Source of the DNA: Longivirga aurantiaca
GTDB taxonomy: Bacteria > Actinomycetota > Actinomycetes > S36-B12 > CAIYMF01
Assembly: GCF_042660085.1 (NCBI RefSeq)
Contig: NZ_JBHSTI010000008.1
Coordinates: forward strand, 2,325,604-2,357,603
Length of the DNA stretch: 32,000 nucleotides
Direction: 5' to 3'
Below, piece after piece: positions 1 through 8,983 of this stretch; position 1 is the first letter of the stretch; the number at the start of each line of letters is the position of its first letter. The notes beneath the pieces were generated by a model. The model saw only the letters and a list, made by a program, of their open reading frames with translations. It had not been told where the DNA came from and searched no databases. The position numbers and the translations under genes are program-made.

Positions 1-77
1 CACAGGGAACTCCAGGGGCGTCGGGGCGGTGCGAGCAGCCTAGGACAGCCCCGGTCGTCGGCCGGACAAGATACGGG

Positions 78-374
78 TCAGGCCAGCGACAGGAAGAGCT
101 TCTCGAGGCGCGCCCGGTCGAGAGCGGGCGTCTCGCCCTTGCTCTCGGCCTCGAGGCACATCTCGAGGCCGCAGGCGACGACGCTGAACGCCGCGCGGTC
201 GACGGCCTTGGAGGCTGCGGACAGCTGGGTGACGATGTCGGAGCAGTCGCGGTCGGCCTCGATCATGGCGATGACGCCGTCGAGCTGTCCGCGGGCCCGC
301 TTGAGGCGGGCGATGACGGCCTTGGCCGCCTCGGGGTGCATCGACGCGCTCGCTCCGGTGGGCGTAGGACTCAT
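78..374 (-). CDS. CsoR/RcnR-family (DUF156) transcriptional repressor, CstR-like (persulfide-sensor type)
   Basis: ORF 78..554 trimmed to the ATG at 374 (98 aa). Family core RLKRARGQLDGVIAMIE..DC44SDIVTQLSA..AC68GLEMC73. The Cys44-Cys73 spacing of 29 matches CsoR C36/C65 and CstR C31/C60. The CsoR His61 position is Gly69. Lies 5 nt downstream of the CoADR-RHD stop. Confidence 0.85.
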   Translation of the reverse strand: MSPTPTGASASMHPEAAKAVIARLKRARGQLDGVIAMIEADRDCSDIVTQLSAASKAVDRAAFSVVACGLEMCLEAESKGETPALDRARLEKLFLSLA

Positions 375-379
375 GGCGG

Positions 380-2095
380 TCACGATGCCATCACCGGCGC
401 CTTCTGGCCCGGCATCCGCGCAGCGCCACGCTGGAGGACGAGGCCGGGCCGCTGCGCGCGGAGCGTCATCAGCCCTCCGTCCAGGCTCGCGGAGTCGAAG
501 CCGTTCTGGGCCAGAACGCGGTGCGCGAGGTACGACCGGAAGCCGCTGGCGCACAGGACGCGCACGGGTCGACCGGCCGCGGCCTGGCGCACGTCGTCGA
601 GGTGGTCGCGCAGCTCGGTGTGCGGCACGTTGTACGAGCCGGGCAGGTGCCCGCCCTCCACCTCGACCTCCGACCGGACGTCGAGGAGCAGGACGTCGTC
701 CCCGAAGCCGTCGAGGTCGTCCGGGCCCCAGGCCCGGAGCGTGCCGTCGAGGATGTTCTGGGCCATGAAGCCGGCCATGTTGACCGGGTCCTTCGCGCTG
801 CCGAACGGCGGCGCATAGGCGAGCTCGAGCTCGGCGAGGTCGTCGACGGTCATGCCCGCGCGCAGCGCGGTGGCGATGACGTCGATGCGCTTGTCGACGC
901 CGTCCTTGCCCACCGCCTGAGCGCCGAGCACGCGACCCTCCGGCGTGAACAGCAGCACGAGGTGCACCGGCTTGGCCCCGGGGTAGTAGCCGGCATGGCT
1001 TCCGGGGTGCAGGTGGACGACGTGGTGCTCGACACCGGCCGCCGTGAGCCGGCGCGACGTCGGACCGGTGACAGCCGCAGTGAGGCCGAAGACCTTCACG
1101 ACGGCGGTGCCGAGCACAGGCTGGGAGGTGCGCGCCCGACCGAGGATCGAGTCGGCGGCGGTGCGGCCCTGGCGGTTGGCCGGGCCGGCGAGCGGCACGA
1201 CGCCGGGCACGCCGGTGACGGCGTCGATCACCTGGATCGCGTCACCGACGGCCCAGATGCTCGGGTCGCTCGTGCGCTGGTCAGCGGTGACCACGACGGC
1301 GCCGCGGTCGGACAGCTCGAGGCCGGCGTCGCGGGCGAGGGCGGTCGACGGCTTCACGCCGACGCCGAGCAGCACGACGTCGGCCGCGAGCCGGGAGCCG
1401 TCGGCGAGGACGACGTCGACCGGGTGGTCGGTGGTCGAGTCCTCGACGGCTGCGAAGCCGGTGCCGACGCGGACGTCGACGTGGTGCAGGCGGAGCTCGG
1501 CCTCGACGAGCGCCGCCATCTCGGCATCGATCGCGGGCAGCACCTGCGGCGCCATCTCGACGAGGGTGACGTCGAGGCCGCGGCGGCGGAACGCCTCCAC
1601 GGTCTCGAGGCCGATGAAGCCCGCGCCGATGACGACAGCCTTCTGCGCGCCGGCCGCGAGCATCGCGCGCAGGACGTCGGCGTCCGGCACGGTGCGCAGC
1701 GTGCGCACCTGCGGGCGGTCGAGCCCGGGCAGCGGGGGGACGATCGGGTCGGCGCCTGTGGCGAGCACGAGCGCGTCGTACGGCAGCACGACGTCGACGT
1801 CGTGGACGAGATCGCGAGCAGTGACCGTCCTGCCCTCGCGGTCGATCGAGCGCACGTCGTGGTGCACGCGGACGTCGAGGTCGAGGGACGATTCGAGGCT
1901 GTCGGGGGTGTGCAGCAGCAGGGCGTCCCGGTGCGGGATCTCGCCGCCCACGTGGTACGGCAGGCCGCAGTTGGCGAAGGAGACCTCGCCTCCGCGCTCG
2001 AGCACGACGATCTGGGCGCTCTCGTCGAGCCGGCGCAGCCGTGCCGCCGCGCTCATCCCGCCGGCGACCCCGCCGACCACCACCACACGTCGCAT
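380..2095 (-). CDS. CoA-disulfide (persulfide) reductase with C-terminal rhodanese domain (CoADR-RHD)
   Basis: ORF 380..2272 trimmed to the ATG at 2095 (MRRVVVVGGVAGG, FAD GxGxxG). Redox Cys motif SFANCGLPY, second NAD(P)H fold VVIGAGFIGLE, C-terminal rhodanese loop CASGFRS. GAGGAG Shine-Dalgarno 7 nt upstream. Confidence 0.9.
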   Translation of the reverse strand: MRRVVVVGGVAGGMSAAARLRRLDESAQIVVLERGGEVSFANCGLPYHVGGEIPHRDALLLHTPDSLESSLDLDVRVHHDVRSIDREGRTVTARDLVHDVDVVLPYDALVLATGADPIVPPLPGLDRPQVRTLRTVPDADVLRAMLAAGAQKAVVIGAGFIGLETVEAFRRRGLDVTLVEMAPQVLPAIDAEMAALVEAELRLHHVDVRVGTGFAAVEDSTTDHPVDVVLADGSRLAADVVLLGVGVKPSTALARDAGLELSDRGAVVVTADQRTSDPSIWAVGDAIQVIDAVTGVPGVVPLAGPANRQGRTAADSILGRARTSQPVLGTAVVKVFGLTAAVTGPTSRRLTAAGVEHHVVHLHPGSHAGYYPGAKPVHLVLLFTPEGRVLGAQAVGKDGVDKRIDVIATALRAGMTVDDLAELELAYAPPFGSAKDPVNMAGFMAQNILDGTLRAWGPDDLDGFGDDVLLLDVRSEVEVEGGHLPGSYNVPHTELRDHLDDVRQAAAGRPVRVLCASGFRSYLAHRVLAQNGFDSASLDGGLMTLRAQRPGLVLQRGAARMPGQKAPVMAS

Positions 2096-2134
2096 CGCGC
2101 TGCTCCTCGGTCTCGCGGTCCGTACACGCGCCAC

Positions 2135-2156
2135 GTTATACCCCCTGGGGTATAAC
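2135..2156. promoter_or_regulatory. Perfect inverted repeat GTTATACCCC-CT-GGGGTATAAC, candidate CsoR/CstR-family operator
   Basis: 10-bp perfect arms with a 2-nt spacer: a G/C tract flanked by AT-rich arms, as in known CsoR-family operators. Sits in the 121-bp divergent region between the CoADR-RHD start (2095) and the MFS start (2217). Confidence 0.7.
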
Positions 2157-2216
2157 GGGCAGTCGCCCGGCCCTGGTGAGACACCGCTCACACCCGGAGC
2201 GTGGCAGGCTCGCACC

Positions 2217-3440
2217 GTGCGACGCACCTGGCTCACCCGCAACCTCGTGGTGCTGACCCTGGTGTCGCTCACCCAGGACGCCGCGAGCGAGCTGCTCTAC
2301 CCGCTGCTCCCCCTGCTCGTCACCGGCGTGCTCGCTGCTCCGCCCGTCGTCCTCGGCATCGTCGAGGGTGCGGCCGAGGCCGCCGCCGGCATCTCGAAGT
2401 ACGTCGCGGGGCGGTGGTCGGACGGCCGTCGGCGGCGCCCCTTCGTGACCACGGGCTACGCGCTCGCGGCGGCCGGCAAGATCCTGGTGGCCGCCGCGGC
2501 GGTCTGGCCGATGGTGCTCGTCGGGCGCGTGGTCGACCGGCTCGGCAAGGGCGTGCGATCGGCCCCGCGCGACGCGCTCATCGCGGCGTCGGTGCCGCGC
2601 GAGCACCTCGGCCGCGCGTTCGGCTTCCACCGCACCGGCGACACCCTGGGCGCGGTGATCGGTCCGCTCATCGCGCTCGCCGGCCTCACCCTGCTCGACG
2701 GCGACGTGCGCGCAGTGCTGTGGTGGGCCGTCGTGCCGGCCGTGCTCTCGGTGCTGCTCACCTTCCTGGTCCGCGAGAAGCGGCGTACGCCGGCACCCGA
2801 GGCCGAGGTCGAGGTCGAGGCCCAGGTCTCGGCGCCGAGCGAGCCGTCGCCGATCCCGCGCAGCCCGCTCCCCCGCAGCTTCTGGCGGGTGGTCGGGGTG
2901 CTCGTGGCGATCGCGGTGGTCAACTTCCCCGACGCCCTGCTGCTGCTGCGGATCTCCGACCTGGGCTACTCGACCACCGAGGTCGTGCTGGCCTATGTCG
3001 TCTTCAACGTCGTCTACACGCTCGGGTCGTACCCCGCGGGCGCGCTGTCGGACCGGCTTCCGCGACCGGTGGTGTACGGCGTCGGGCTGCTGGCCTTCGG
3101 CGTCGCCTACGGCGGCCTCGCCCTCGTCGAGCGCGGCCCGTGGGTGTGGGTGCTCATCTGCGTGTACGGACTCTTCCCCGCGCTGACCGACGGCGTGGGC
3201 AAGGCGTGGATCTCCACCCTCGTGGGCGACGAGCACCGCGGCCGCGCGCAGGGCGTGTTCCAGTCGCTGTCGAACGCGGCGGTGTTCCTCGCCGGCCTCT
3301 GGGCGGGGCTGCTCTGGGCGGTCGGGCCGGGCGACGGCGTGCTGCCGCTGCTCGTGTCGGGTGCGGTCGGCCTCGCGGCCGGCGCGGTGCTCGTGATCGG
3401 CCGCCATCGCGTCACCGGCGTACCGCAGCCGCTCGCCTAG
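2217..3440 (+). CDS. MFS transporter
   Basis: Distal part of ORF 1044..3440. The first plausible start is GTG 2217 (MRRTWLTRNLVVLTLVSL...). 12-TM-like hydrophobic profile and the MFS loop motif GRWSDGRRRRP. The start is inferred. Confidence 0.8.
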   Translation: MRRTWLTRNLVVLTLVSLTQDAASELLYPLLPLLVTGVLAAPPVVLGIVEGAAEAAAGISKYVAGRWSDGRRRRPFVTTGYALAAAGKILVAAAAVWPMVLVGRVVDRLGKGVRSAPRDALIAASVPREHLGRAFGFHRTGDTLGAVIGPLIALAGLTLLDGDVRAVLWWAVVPAVLSVLLTFLVREKRRTPAPEAEVEVEAQVSAPSEPSPIPRSPLPRSFWRVVGVLVAIAVVNFPDALLLLRISDLGYSTTEVVLAYVVFNVVYTLGSYPAGALSDRLPRPVVYGVGLLAFGVAYGGLALVERGPWVWVLICVYGLFPALTDGVGKAWISTLVGDEHRGRAQGVFQSLSNAAVFLAGLWAGLLWAVGPGDGVLPLLVSGAVGLAAGAVLVIGRHRVTGVPQPLA

Positions 3441-3443
3441 GCT
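3438..3443 (+). promoter_or_regulatory. Candidate -10 box TAGGCT for tRNA-Leu
   Basis: TANNNT hexamer within CCTAGGCT, 9 nt upstream of the tRNA 5' end. The same octamer recurs upstream of other genes. Confidence 0.3.
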
Positions 3444-3452
3444 GGCCCCCAC

Positions 3453-3537
3453 GCGGACGTGGTGGAATTGGCAGACACGCAGGATTTAGGTTCCTGTGCT
3501 CTCGAGCATGCGGGTTCGACCCCCGCCGTCCGCACCA
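3453..3537 (+). tRNA. tRNA-Leu (anticodon UAG), class II with long variable arm, encoded CCA
   Basis: Hand-folded. Acceptor GCGGACG/CGTCCGC, anticodon stem CAGGA/TCCTG with loop TTTAGGT, T arm GCGGG-TTCGACC-CCCGC, discriminator A plus CCA. Confidence 0.9.
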
Positions 3538-3554
3538 GCGCCCCTTCGCTGAGC

Positions 3555-3601
3555 CTGATCGTTCCGTCGTTCCCCGGGCCGGGGAACGACGGAACGATCA
3601 G
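3555..3601. terminator. Long perfect hairpin (about 22-bp stem, 3-nt loop), probable bidirectional terminator
   Basis: CTGATCGTTCCGTCGTTCCCCG-GGC-CGGGGAACGACGGAACGATCAG. Lies between convergent tRNA-Leu and rdgB and overlaps the rdgB stop codon (3598..3600). Confidence 0.6.
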
Positions 3602-4233
3602 TGCGAGCTGGGGGGCAGCAGGTCGCGCAGGACGGGGACGAGGGCGCGCAACGCGTTGCCGCGGTGGCTGATCGCGTCCTTCTCCTCGTTGCTCAGCTCG
3701 GCGCTCGTCCGCGTCTCGCCGTCCGGCACGAAGATCGGGTCGTAGCCGAAGCCGTTGCTGCCGCGGGGCTCGCGCACGAGGTGCCCGCGCATCTCGCCGT
3801 CGACCGTGGCCTCGCGCCCGTCGGGCAGCACGAGGGCGACGGCGCAGCGGAACTGCGCGCCGAGCCGGTCGTCAGGGGTGTCGCCGAGCTGGGCGAGCAC
3901 GAGCTCGAGGTTGCCGACGTCGGTGCTGCGCCCGGGCACGAGGCCGCCGCTCCAGCGGGCCGACAGGATCCCGGGCAGGCCGTTCAGGGCGTCGACGCAG
4001 AGGCCGCTGTCGTCGGCGACGGCAGGTGCGCCGGTGGCCTCGCACACCGCGCGCGCCTTGAGCAGCGCGTTGCCCTCGAAGGTCGACTCGGTCTCGGGCA
4101 CCTCGGGCACCGAGCCGTCCGGGAACGCGTCGATGCCGACGACCTCCACGTGCAGGCCTGCCTCGTCGAGGATCCGGGCCATCTCCTCGATCTTGTGCGC
4201 GTTGCGGGACGCGAGCACCACGCGCGAGGTCAT
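3598..4233 (-). CDS. rdgB: RdgB/HAM1-family non-canonical purine NTP pyrophosphatase
   Basis: ORF 3598..4527 trimmed to the ATG at 4233 ([17 protein letters not shown]...FGYDPIF...SHRG). ATGA overlap with the rph stop. Confidence 0.9.
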   Translation of the reverse strand: MTSRVVLASRNAHKIEEMARILDEAGLHVEVVGIDAFPDGSVPEVPETESTFEGNALLKARAVCEATGAPAVADDSGLCVDALNGLPGILSARWSGGLVPGRSTDVGNLELVLAQLGDTPDDRLGAQFRCAVALVLPDGREATVDGEMRGHLVREPRGSNGFGYDPIFVPDGETRTSAELSNEEKDAISHRGNALRALVPVLRDLLPPSSH

Positions 4234-4955
4234 GACGCGAGCGCGGCCTTCTGCAGCTCGGTGAGGTCGGCGCAGCCCTGCGCTGCGAGCGCGAGCAGCT
4301 GGTCGAGCAGCGCGCGGTCGAACGGCTCGCCCTCCGCGGTCCCCTGCACCTCGACGTACCGTCCGTCGCCGGTCATCACCACGTTCATGTCGGTGTCCGC
4401 GGCGACGTCGTCGTCGTAGTGCAGGTCGAGGCGGGCCTCGCCGTCGACGATGCCCACCGACACCGCCGCGATCGAGTTGACGATGGGCTTCGCGGTGGCC
4501 TTCACGTGCCCCTGGCCGCGCGCCCACTCGATCGCGTCGACCAGGGCGACGTACGCGCCGGTGATGGCCGCGGTACGCGTGCCGCCGTCGGCCTGCAGCA
4601 CGTCGCAGTCGATCATGATCGAGTTCTCGCCGAGCGCCGACAGGTCGATCGCCGCGCGCAGCGACCGGCCGACGAGGCGCGAGATCTCGTGCGTGCGCCC
4701 GCCGACCTTGCCCCGCACCGACTCTCGGTCGTTACGCGTGTTGGTCGCGCGCGGGAGCATGGAGTACTCCCCCGTGATCCAGCCGAGGCCGGAGTCCTTG
4801 CGCCACCGCGGCACGCCCGCGGTGAAGGACGCGGCCACGAGCACACGGGTGCGCCCGAACGACACGAGGCACGAGCCCTCGGCGTGGTCGAGCCACCCGC
4901 GCTCGAACGAGACGGGACGGAGCTGGTCGGCGGCGCGGCCGTCGGAACGGGTCAT
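4230..4955 (-). CDS. rph: Ribonuclease PH
   Basis: 241-aa ORF with RNase PH hallmarks ([42 protein letters not shown]). Confidence 0.95.
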   Translation of the reverse strand: MTRSDGRAADQLRPVSFERGWLDHAEGSCLVSFGRTRVLVAASFTAGVPRWRKDSGLGWITGEYSMLPRATNTRNDRESVRGKVGGRTHEISRLVGRSLRAAIDLSALGENSIMIDCDVLQADGGTRTAAITGAYVALVDAIEWARGQGHVKATAKPIVNSIAAVSVGIVDGEARLDLHYDDDVAADTDMNVVMTGDGRYVEVQGTAEGEPFDRALLDQLLALAAQGCADLTELQKAALAS

Positions 4956-4961
4956 GGCGCG

Positions 4962-4967
4962 ACCCTA
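4962..4967 (-). promoter_or_regulatory. Candidate -10 box TAGGGT, leaderless rph
   Basis: On the minus strand, TAGGGT-CGCGCC-ATG(4955): a TANNNT box 6 nt upstream of the start codon with no Shine-Dalgarno. Confidence 0.4.
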
Positions 4968-4987
4968 ACGCCCAGCCCCGATCCGCC

Positions 4988-5031
4988 CTGGATGCCCCAG
5001 AGGCACCTCGAGGGGACTGTCCGGCATCCAG
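4988..5031. terminator. Inverted repeat CTGGATGCC...GGCATCCAG downstream of the MBL hydrolase gene
   Basis: 9-bp perfect arms around 26 nt that contain a CCTCGAGG palindrome. Lies in the 81-nt gap between the MBL stop (5037) and the rph start (4955). Confidence 0.4.
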
Positions 5032-5036
5032 ATCGG

Positions 5037-5783
5037 TCAGAGGTCGACGACGAGGCCCTGGGTGGCGAGGGCGAGGTCGCCCTCGAACACCGGCGCCGCC
5101 TCGGCGAGCGTCTCGTCGCTCGGCGTCCACGGCACGAGGTGCGTCAGCACGAGCCGGCCGACACCCGCACGGTTGGCGTGCTCGGCGGCCTGGGTGGCGG
5201 TCATGTGCAGGTTGGGCGGCAGGTTCTCGTACCGGCTGAGGAACGACGCCTCGTACAGAGCCAGGTCGGCGCCGCGCGACAGCTCGACGAGGGCGTCGCT
5301 CTCGCCGGTGTCGCCGCTGAAGACCAGCGAGCGGCCACCGGCCTCGACCCGCGAGGCGTAGCAGGGCACGGGGTGGTTCATGAGCGCCGTCGTGATGCGG
5401 AACGGCCCGATCTCGGTGACCTCGACGTGGTCGCGGAACTCGAACTCGCCGTGCATGCCCTCCTCCGGCGGGAGGTCGTACGCACGGGCGAGCCGGTCGG
5501 CGGAGCCCGTGGGCCCGATCACCGGGATCACCGGCGCGTGGCCGTCCGGGTGGTACCTGCGGAAGACGTAGTACGACGTGAGGTCGATGCAGTGGTCGGC
5601 GTGCAGGTGCGACAGCACGACCGCGTCGACGTCGTAGACGTCCGTGTGCTTCTGCAGCGCGCCGAACGCGCCGTTGCCGAGGTCGAGCACGATCGAGTGC
5701 CCGTCGTGCTCGACGAGGTAGCAGGAGGCCGGGGAGTCCGGCCCGGGGTACGACCCCGAGCATCCGACGATCGTCAGGCGCAT
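5037..5783 (-). CDS. MBL-fold metallo-hydrolase (Rv1339-like; possible cyclic-nucleotide phosphodiesterase)
   Basis: ORF 5037..7022 trimmed to the ATG at 5783 ([14 protein letters not shown]...). HxHxDH motif LSHLHADHC. ATGA overlap with the murI stop. Same syntenic position as the M. tuberculosis murI-rph neighbour. Confidence 0.85.
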   Translation of the reverse strand: MRLTIVGCSGSYPGPDSPASCYLVEHDGHSIVLDLGNGAFGALQKHTDVYDVDAVVLSHLHADHCIDLTSYYVFRRYHPDGHAPVIPVIGPTGSADRLARAYDLPPEEGMHGEFEFRDHVEVTEIGPFRITTALMNHPVPCYASRVEAGGRSLVFSGDTGESDALVELSRGADLALYEASFLSRYENLPPNLHMTATQAAEHANRAGVGRLVLTHLVPWTPSDETLAEAAPVFEGDLALATQGLVVDL

Positions 5784-6589
5784 CAGGACACGACCTCCAC
5801 AGCGTGCTCGACGGCGACGACCTCGGGACCGAGGAATCGCTTGGCCAGTGCGGTGAACGGGGCGGGGTCGCCCGTGGCGAGGAACCGGTGCACGGGCGCC
5901 GGCAGGGCGGGGTCGCGCTCGAGCCCGTGCGCCACGAGCGTGCGGTAGACGTCCTTCGCGGTCTCGTCCGCGCTGCTGACGAGCGTGACATCGTCGCCGA
6001 CGACGTACGAGATGACGCCGGCCAGCAGCGGGTAGTGCGTGCACCCGAGGACGAGGGTGTCGACGCCGGCCTCGACGACCGGGTCGAGGTACTCGTGCGC
6101 GACGGACTGCAGCTCGGCCCCACCCGTGACGCCGGCCTCGACGAACTCGACGAAGCGCGGGCAGGCCTGCTGCACCAGCGTGATGTCGGGCGCTGCGGCG
6201 AAGGCGTCGGCGTACGCACCGCTCGTGACGGTGGCCCGGGTGCCGATGACGCCGACGCGGCCCGTGCGGGTGACGCGCACGGCACGGCGTACGGCGGGCT
6301 GGATGACCTCGACGACGGGGACGGCGTACCGCTCGCGGGCGTCGCGCAGCACCGCAGCGCTGGCGGAGTTGCACGCGATGACGAGCATCTTCACGCCCTG
6401 GTCGACCAGGTGGTCCATGACGTCGAGGGCGAAGGAGCGCACCTCGGGGATGGGCCGCGGGCCGTAGGGGCCGCGGGCCGTGTCGCCGATGTAGAGGACC
6501 GGCTCGTGCGGCAGCTGGTCGAGGACGGCGCGCGCGACGGTGAGCCCTCCGACCCCGGAGTCGAAGATGCCGATGGGCGCGTCCGTCAC
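5783..6589 (-). CDS. murI: Glutamate racemase
   Basis: [10 protein letters not shown], catalytic Cys motifs ACNSAS and GCTHYP. GTG 6589 preferred over ATG 6667: the 26 upstream codons have poor third-position GC and rare codons (AGA, AGG, CTA), and a TAGTCT box lies 8 nt upstream of the GTG. Confidence 0.85.
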   Translation of the reverse strand: MTDAPIGIFDSGVGGLTVARAVLDQLPHEPVLYIGDTARGPYGPRPIPEVRSFALDVMDHLVDQGVKMLVIACNSASAAVLRDARERYAVPVVEVIQPAVRRAVRVTRTGRVGVIGTRATVTSGAYADAFAAAPDITLVQQACPRFVEFVEAGVTGGAELQSVAHEYLDPVVEAGVDTLVLGCTHYPLLAGVISYVVGDDVTLVSSADETAKDVYRTLVAHGLERDPALPAPVHRFLATGDPAPFTALAKRFLGPEVVAVEHAVEVVS

Positions 6590-6597
6590 GAGAGCCG

Positions 6598-6603
6598 AGA
6601 CTA
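6598..6603 (-). promoter_or_regulatory. Candidate -10 box TAGTCT upstream of the murI GTG
   Basis: On the minus strand, CCTAGTCT-CGGCTCTC-GTG(6589). Confidence 0.3.
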
Positions 6604-6720
6604 GGCCCCCGACACGCCTTCTGCGGCCGGTCCCAGCGTCCTCTGTGTCGCACTGCACGTCTGCCATCCTCGGACTGCCGGGAGGCCTCCCGGCGCAGGC
6701 GTGCCCCGAGGAGCCAGACC

Positions 6721-7134
6721 ATGTCCAGCGATGTCCAGACCAAGCGCCCCGGCGGCGTCACCTTCGTCATCGTGCTCATCTGGGTCGCGGCCCTGTTCAA
6801 CGCCCTCATCGGCGTCTGGATGATGCTGGCGCCGTTCGGCCAGAACCCGACGATCACCGACATCCAGGGCAACACTGTCGAGCTGCCCGGCTTCTGGCTC
6901 TTCATGAACGGCGCGCTCTCGCTGCTGCTGGCGTTCATGTACGTCTGGCTCGCGCGGATGGCCTCGATCGGCGCGGCCTCGGCCCAGGTGATCATCCAGG
7001 CGCTCGCCGTCATCAACATCATCTTCGGCCTGTTCCGCCTGCCCTACGGCTGGCTCGGCCTCGTGCTCAACATCCTGATCCTGGTCATCGCGAGCGGCGC
7101 CTCGGCCAAGGCCTGGTTCAGCCGCCCGATCTGA
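6721..7134 (+). CDS. Small integral membrane protein, unknown function (about 4 TM)
   Basis: 137-aa ORF with GAGGAG 6-7 nt upstream of the ATG and four hydrophobic segments. I recognise no family motif. Confidence 0.7.
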   Translation: MSSDVQTKRPGGVTFVIVLIWVAALFNALIGVWMMLAPFGQNPTITDIQGNTVELPGFWLFMNGALSLLLAFMYVWLARMASIGAASAQVIIQALAVINIIFGLFRLPYGWLGLVLNILILVIASGASAKAWFSRPI

Positions 7135-7165
7135 TCGACGCCCCGCAAGGAACCCGACCCGTGCG

Positions 7166-8393
<1,228 letters not shown>

Positions 8394-8554
8394 GGCGGGC
8401 TTTCTCCACTCGTCGTGCGTGCTGGGGTGCTGCCGGAGGGCAGCCGACCGCGTCCCCGCGGCCCGTGATCAACAAGGGTGAGCCTAGGGCCACCTATTCC
8501 CGTCGACGACTGGAAGCAGGGCCTCGTACGGCGTCGCCGCAGGTCAGAGGCCGC

Positions 8555-8971
8555 TCAGACGACGGTGACCGGTTCCTCGGTGACGACGCCGTCCACGATG
8601 CGGTACGACCGCAGCTCGTACGGCCCGTCCTCGCTGCCGGTCTCCCGCGTCGAGACCAGCACGTAGTGGGCCTCCGGCTCGGACGCGTAGCTGATGTCGG
8701 TGCGCGACGGGTAGGCCTCGGTCGCGGTGTGCGAGTGGTAGACGACCACCGGCACCTCGTCGTTGTCGTCCATGTCGCGGTAGAGCCGCAGCAGGTCGAG
8801 CGAGTCGAACTCGTAGAAGGTCGGAGACCGCGCGGCGTTGACCATCGGGATGAACCGCTCGGGGCGGTCGCTGCCGGCCGGGCCGGCGATCACCCCGCAC
8901 GCCTCGTCGGGGTGGTCCTGGCGCGCGTGGGCCACCATCGAGTCGACCAGGTCCTGTCGGATCGTGAGCAC
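8555..8971 (-). CDS. mec: JAMM/MPN+ metalloprotease Mec (CysO-cysteine peptidase)
   Basis: JAMM motif HSHTATEAYPSRTD (HxHx7Sx2D) and upstream Glu (PDEACG). GTG 8971 chosen (TACTCT box 6 nt upstream). The longer ORF extends to ATG 9040, so the start is uncertain. Confidence 0.85.
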   Translation of the reverse strand: MLTIRQDLVDSMVAHARQDHPDEACGVIAGPAGSDRPERFIPMVNAARSPTFYEFDSLDLLRLYRDMDDNDEVPVVVYHSHTATEAYPSRTDISYASEPEAHYVLVSTRETGSEDGPYELRSYRIVDGVVTEEPVTVV

Positions 8972-8977
8972 GCGCCC

Positions 8978-8983
8978 AGAGTA
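8978..8983 (-). promoter_or_regulatory. Candidate -10 box TACTCT, leaderless mec
   Basis: On the minus strand, TACTCT-GGGCGC-GTG(8971). Confidence 0.35.

Noticed and set aside
521-2155. Long plus-strand ORF (544 aa) and similar long alternative-frame or antisense ORFs: 1044..2216 portion, 2136..3452, 2201..3745, 4419..5948, 4732..6285, 9048..10337, 11857..13722, 14155..15687, 15750..17043, 16902..18218, 21021..22991, 23017..24756, 27357..29279, 29236..30897
   Set aside because: Their translations are Arg/Pro/Gly/Ala/Asp-rich low-complexity strings with no family motifs. They fully overlap ORFs that carry clear catalytic motifs. This is the usual shadow-ORF artefact of a high-GC genome, where stop codons are rare in all frames.
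3453-3601. tRNA-Leu plus the adjacent long palindrome as the boundary of an integrated element or genomic island
   Set aside because: No integrase, no repeat of the tRNA 3' end elsewhere in the window, and both flanks (an MFS gene; the rdgB-rph core genes) look native.
5037-7022. A single 661-aa ORF spanning the MBL hydrolase and upstream sequence, and likewise the 1191-aa ORF 25552..29127 and the 593-aa ORF 17336..19117
   Set aside because: Only the distal parts show real protein families. The upstream parts are out-of-frame read-through across neighbouring genes (murI; SBP and helicase; GH1). Proper starts with ATGA/GTGA couplings or ribosome-binding sites exist internally.
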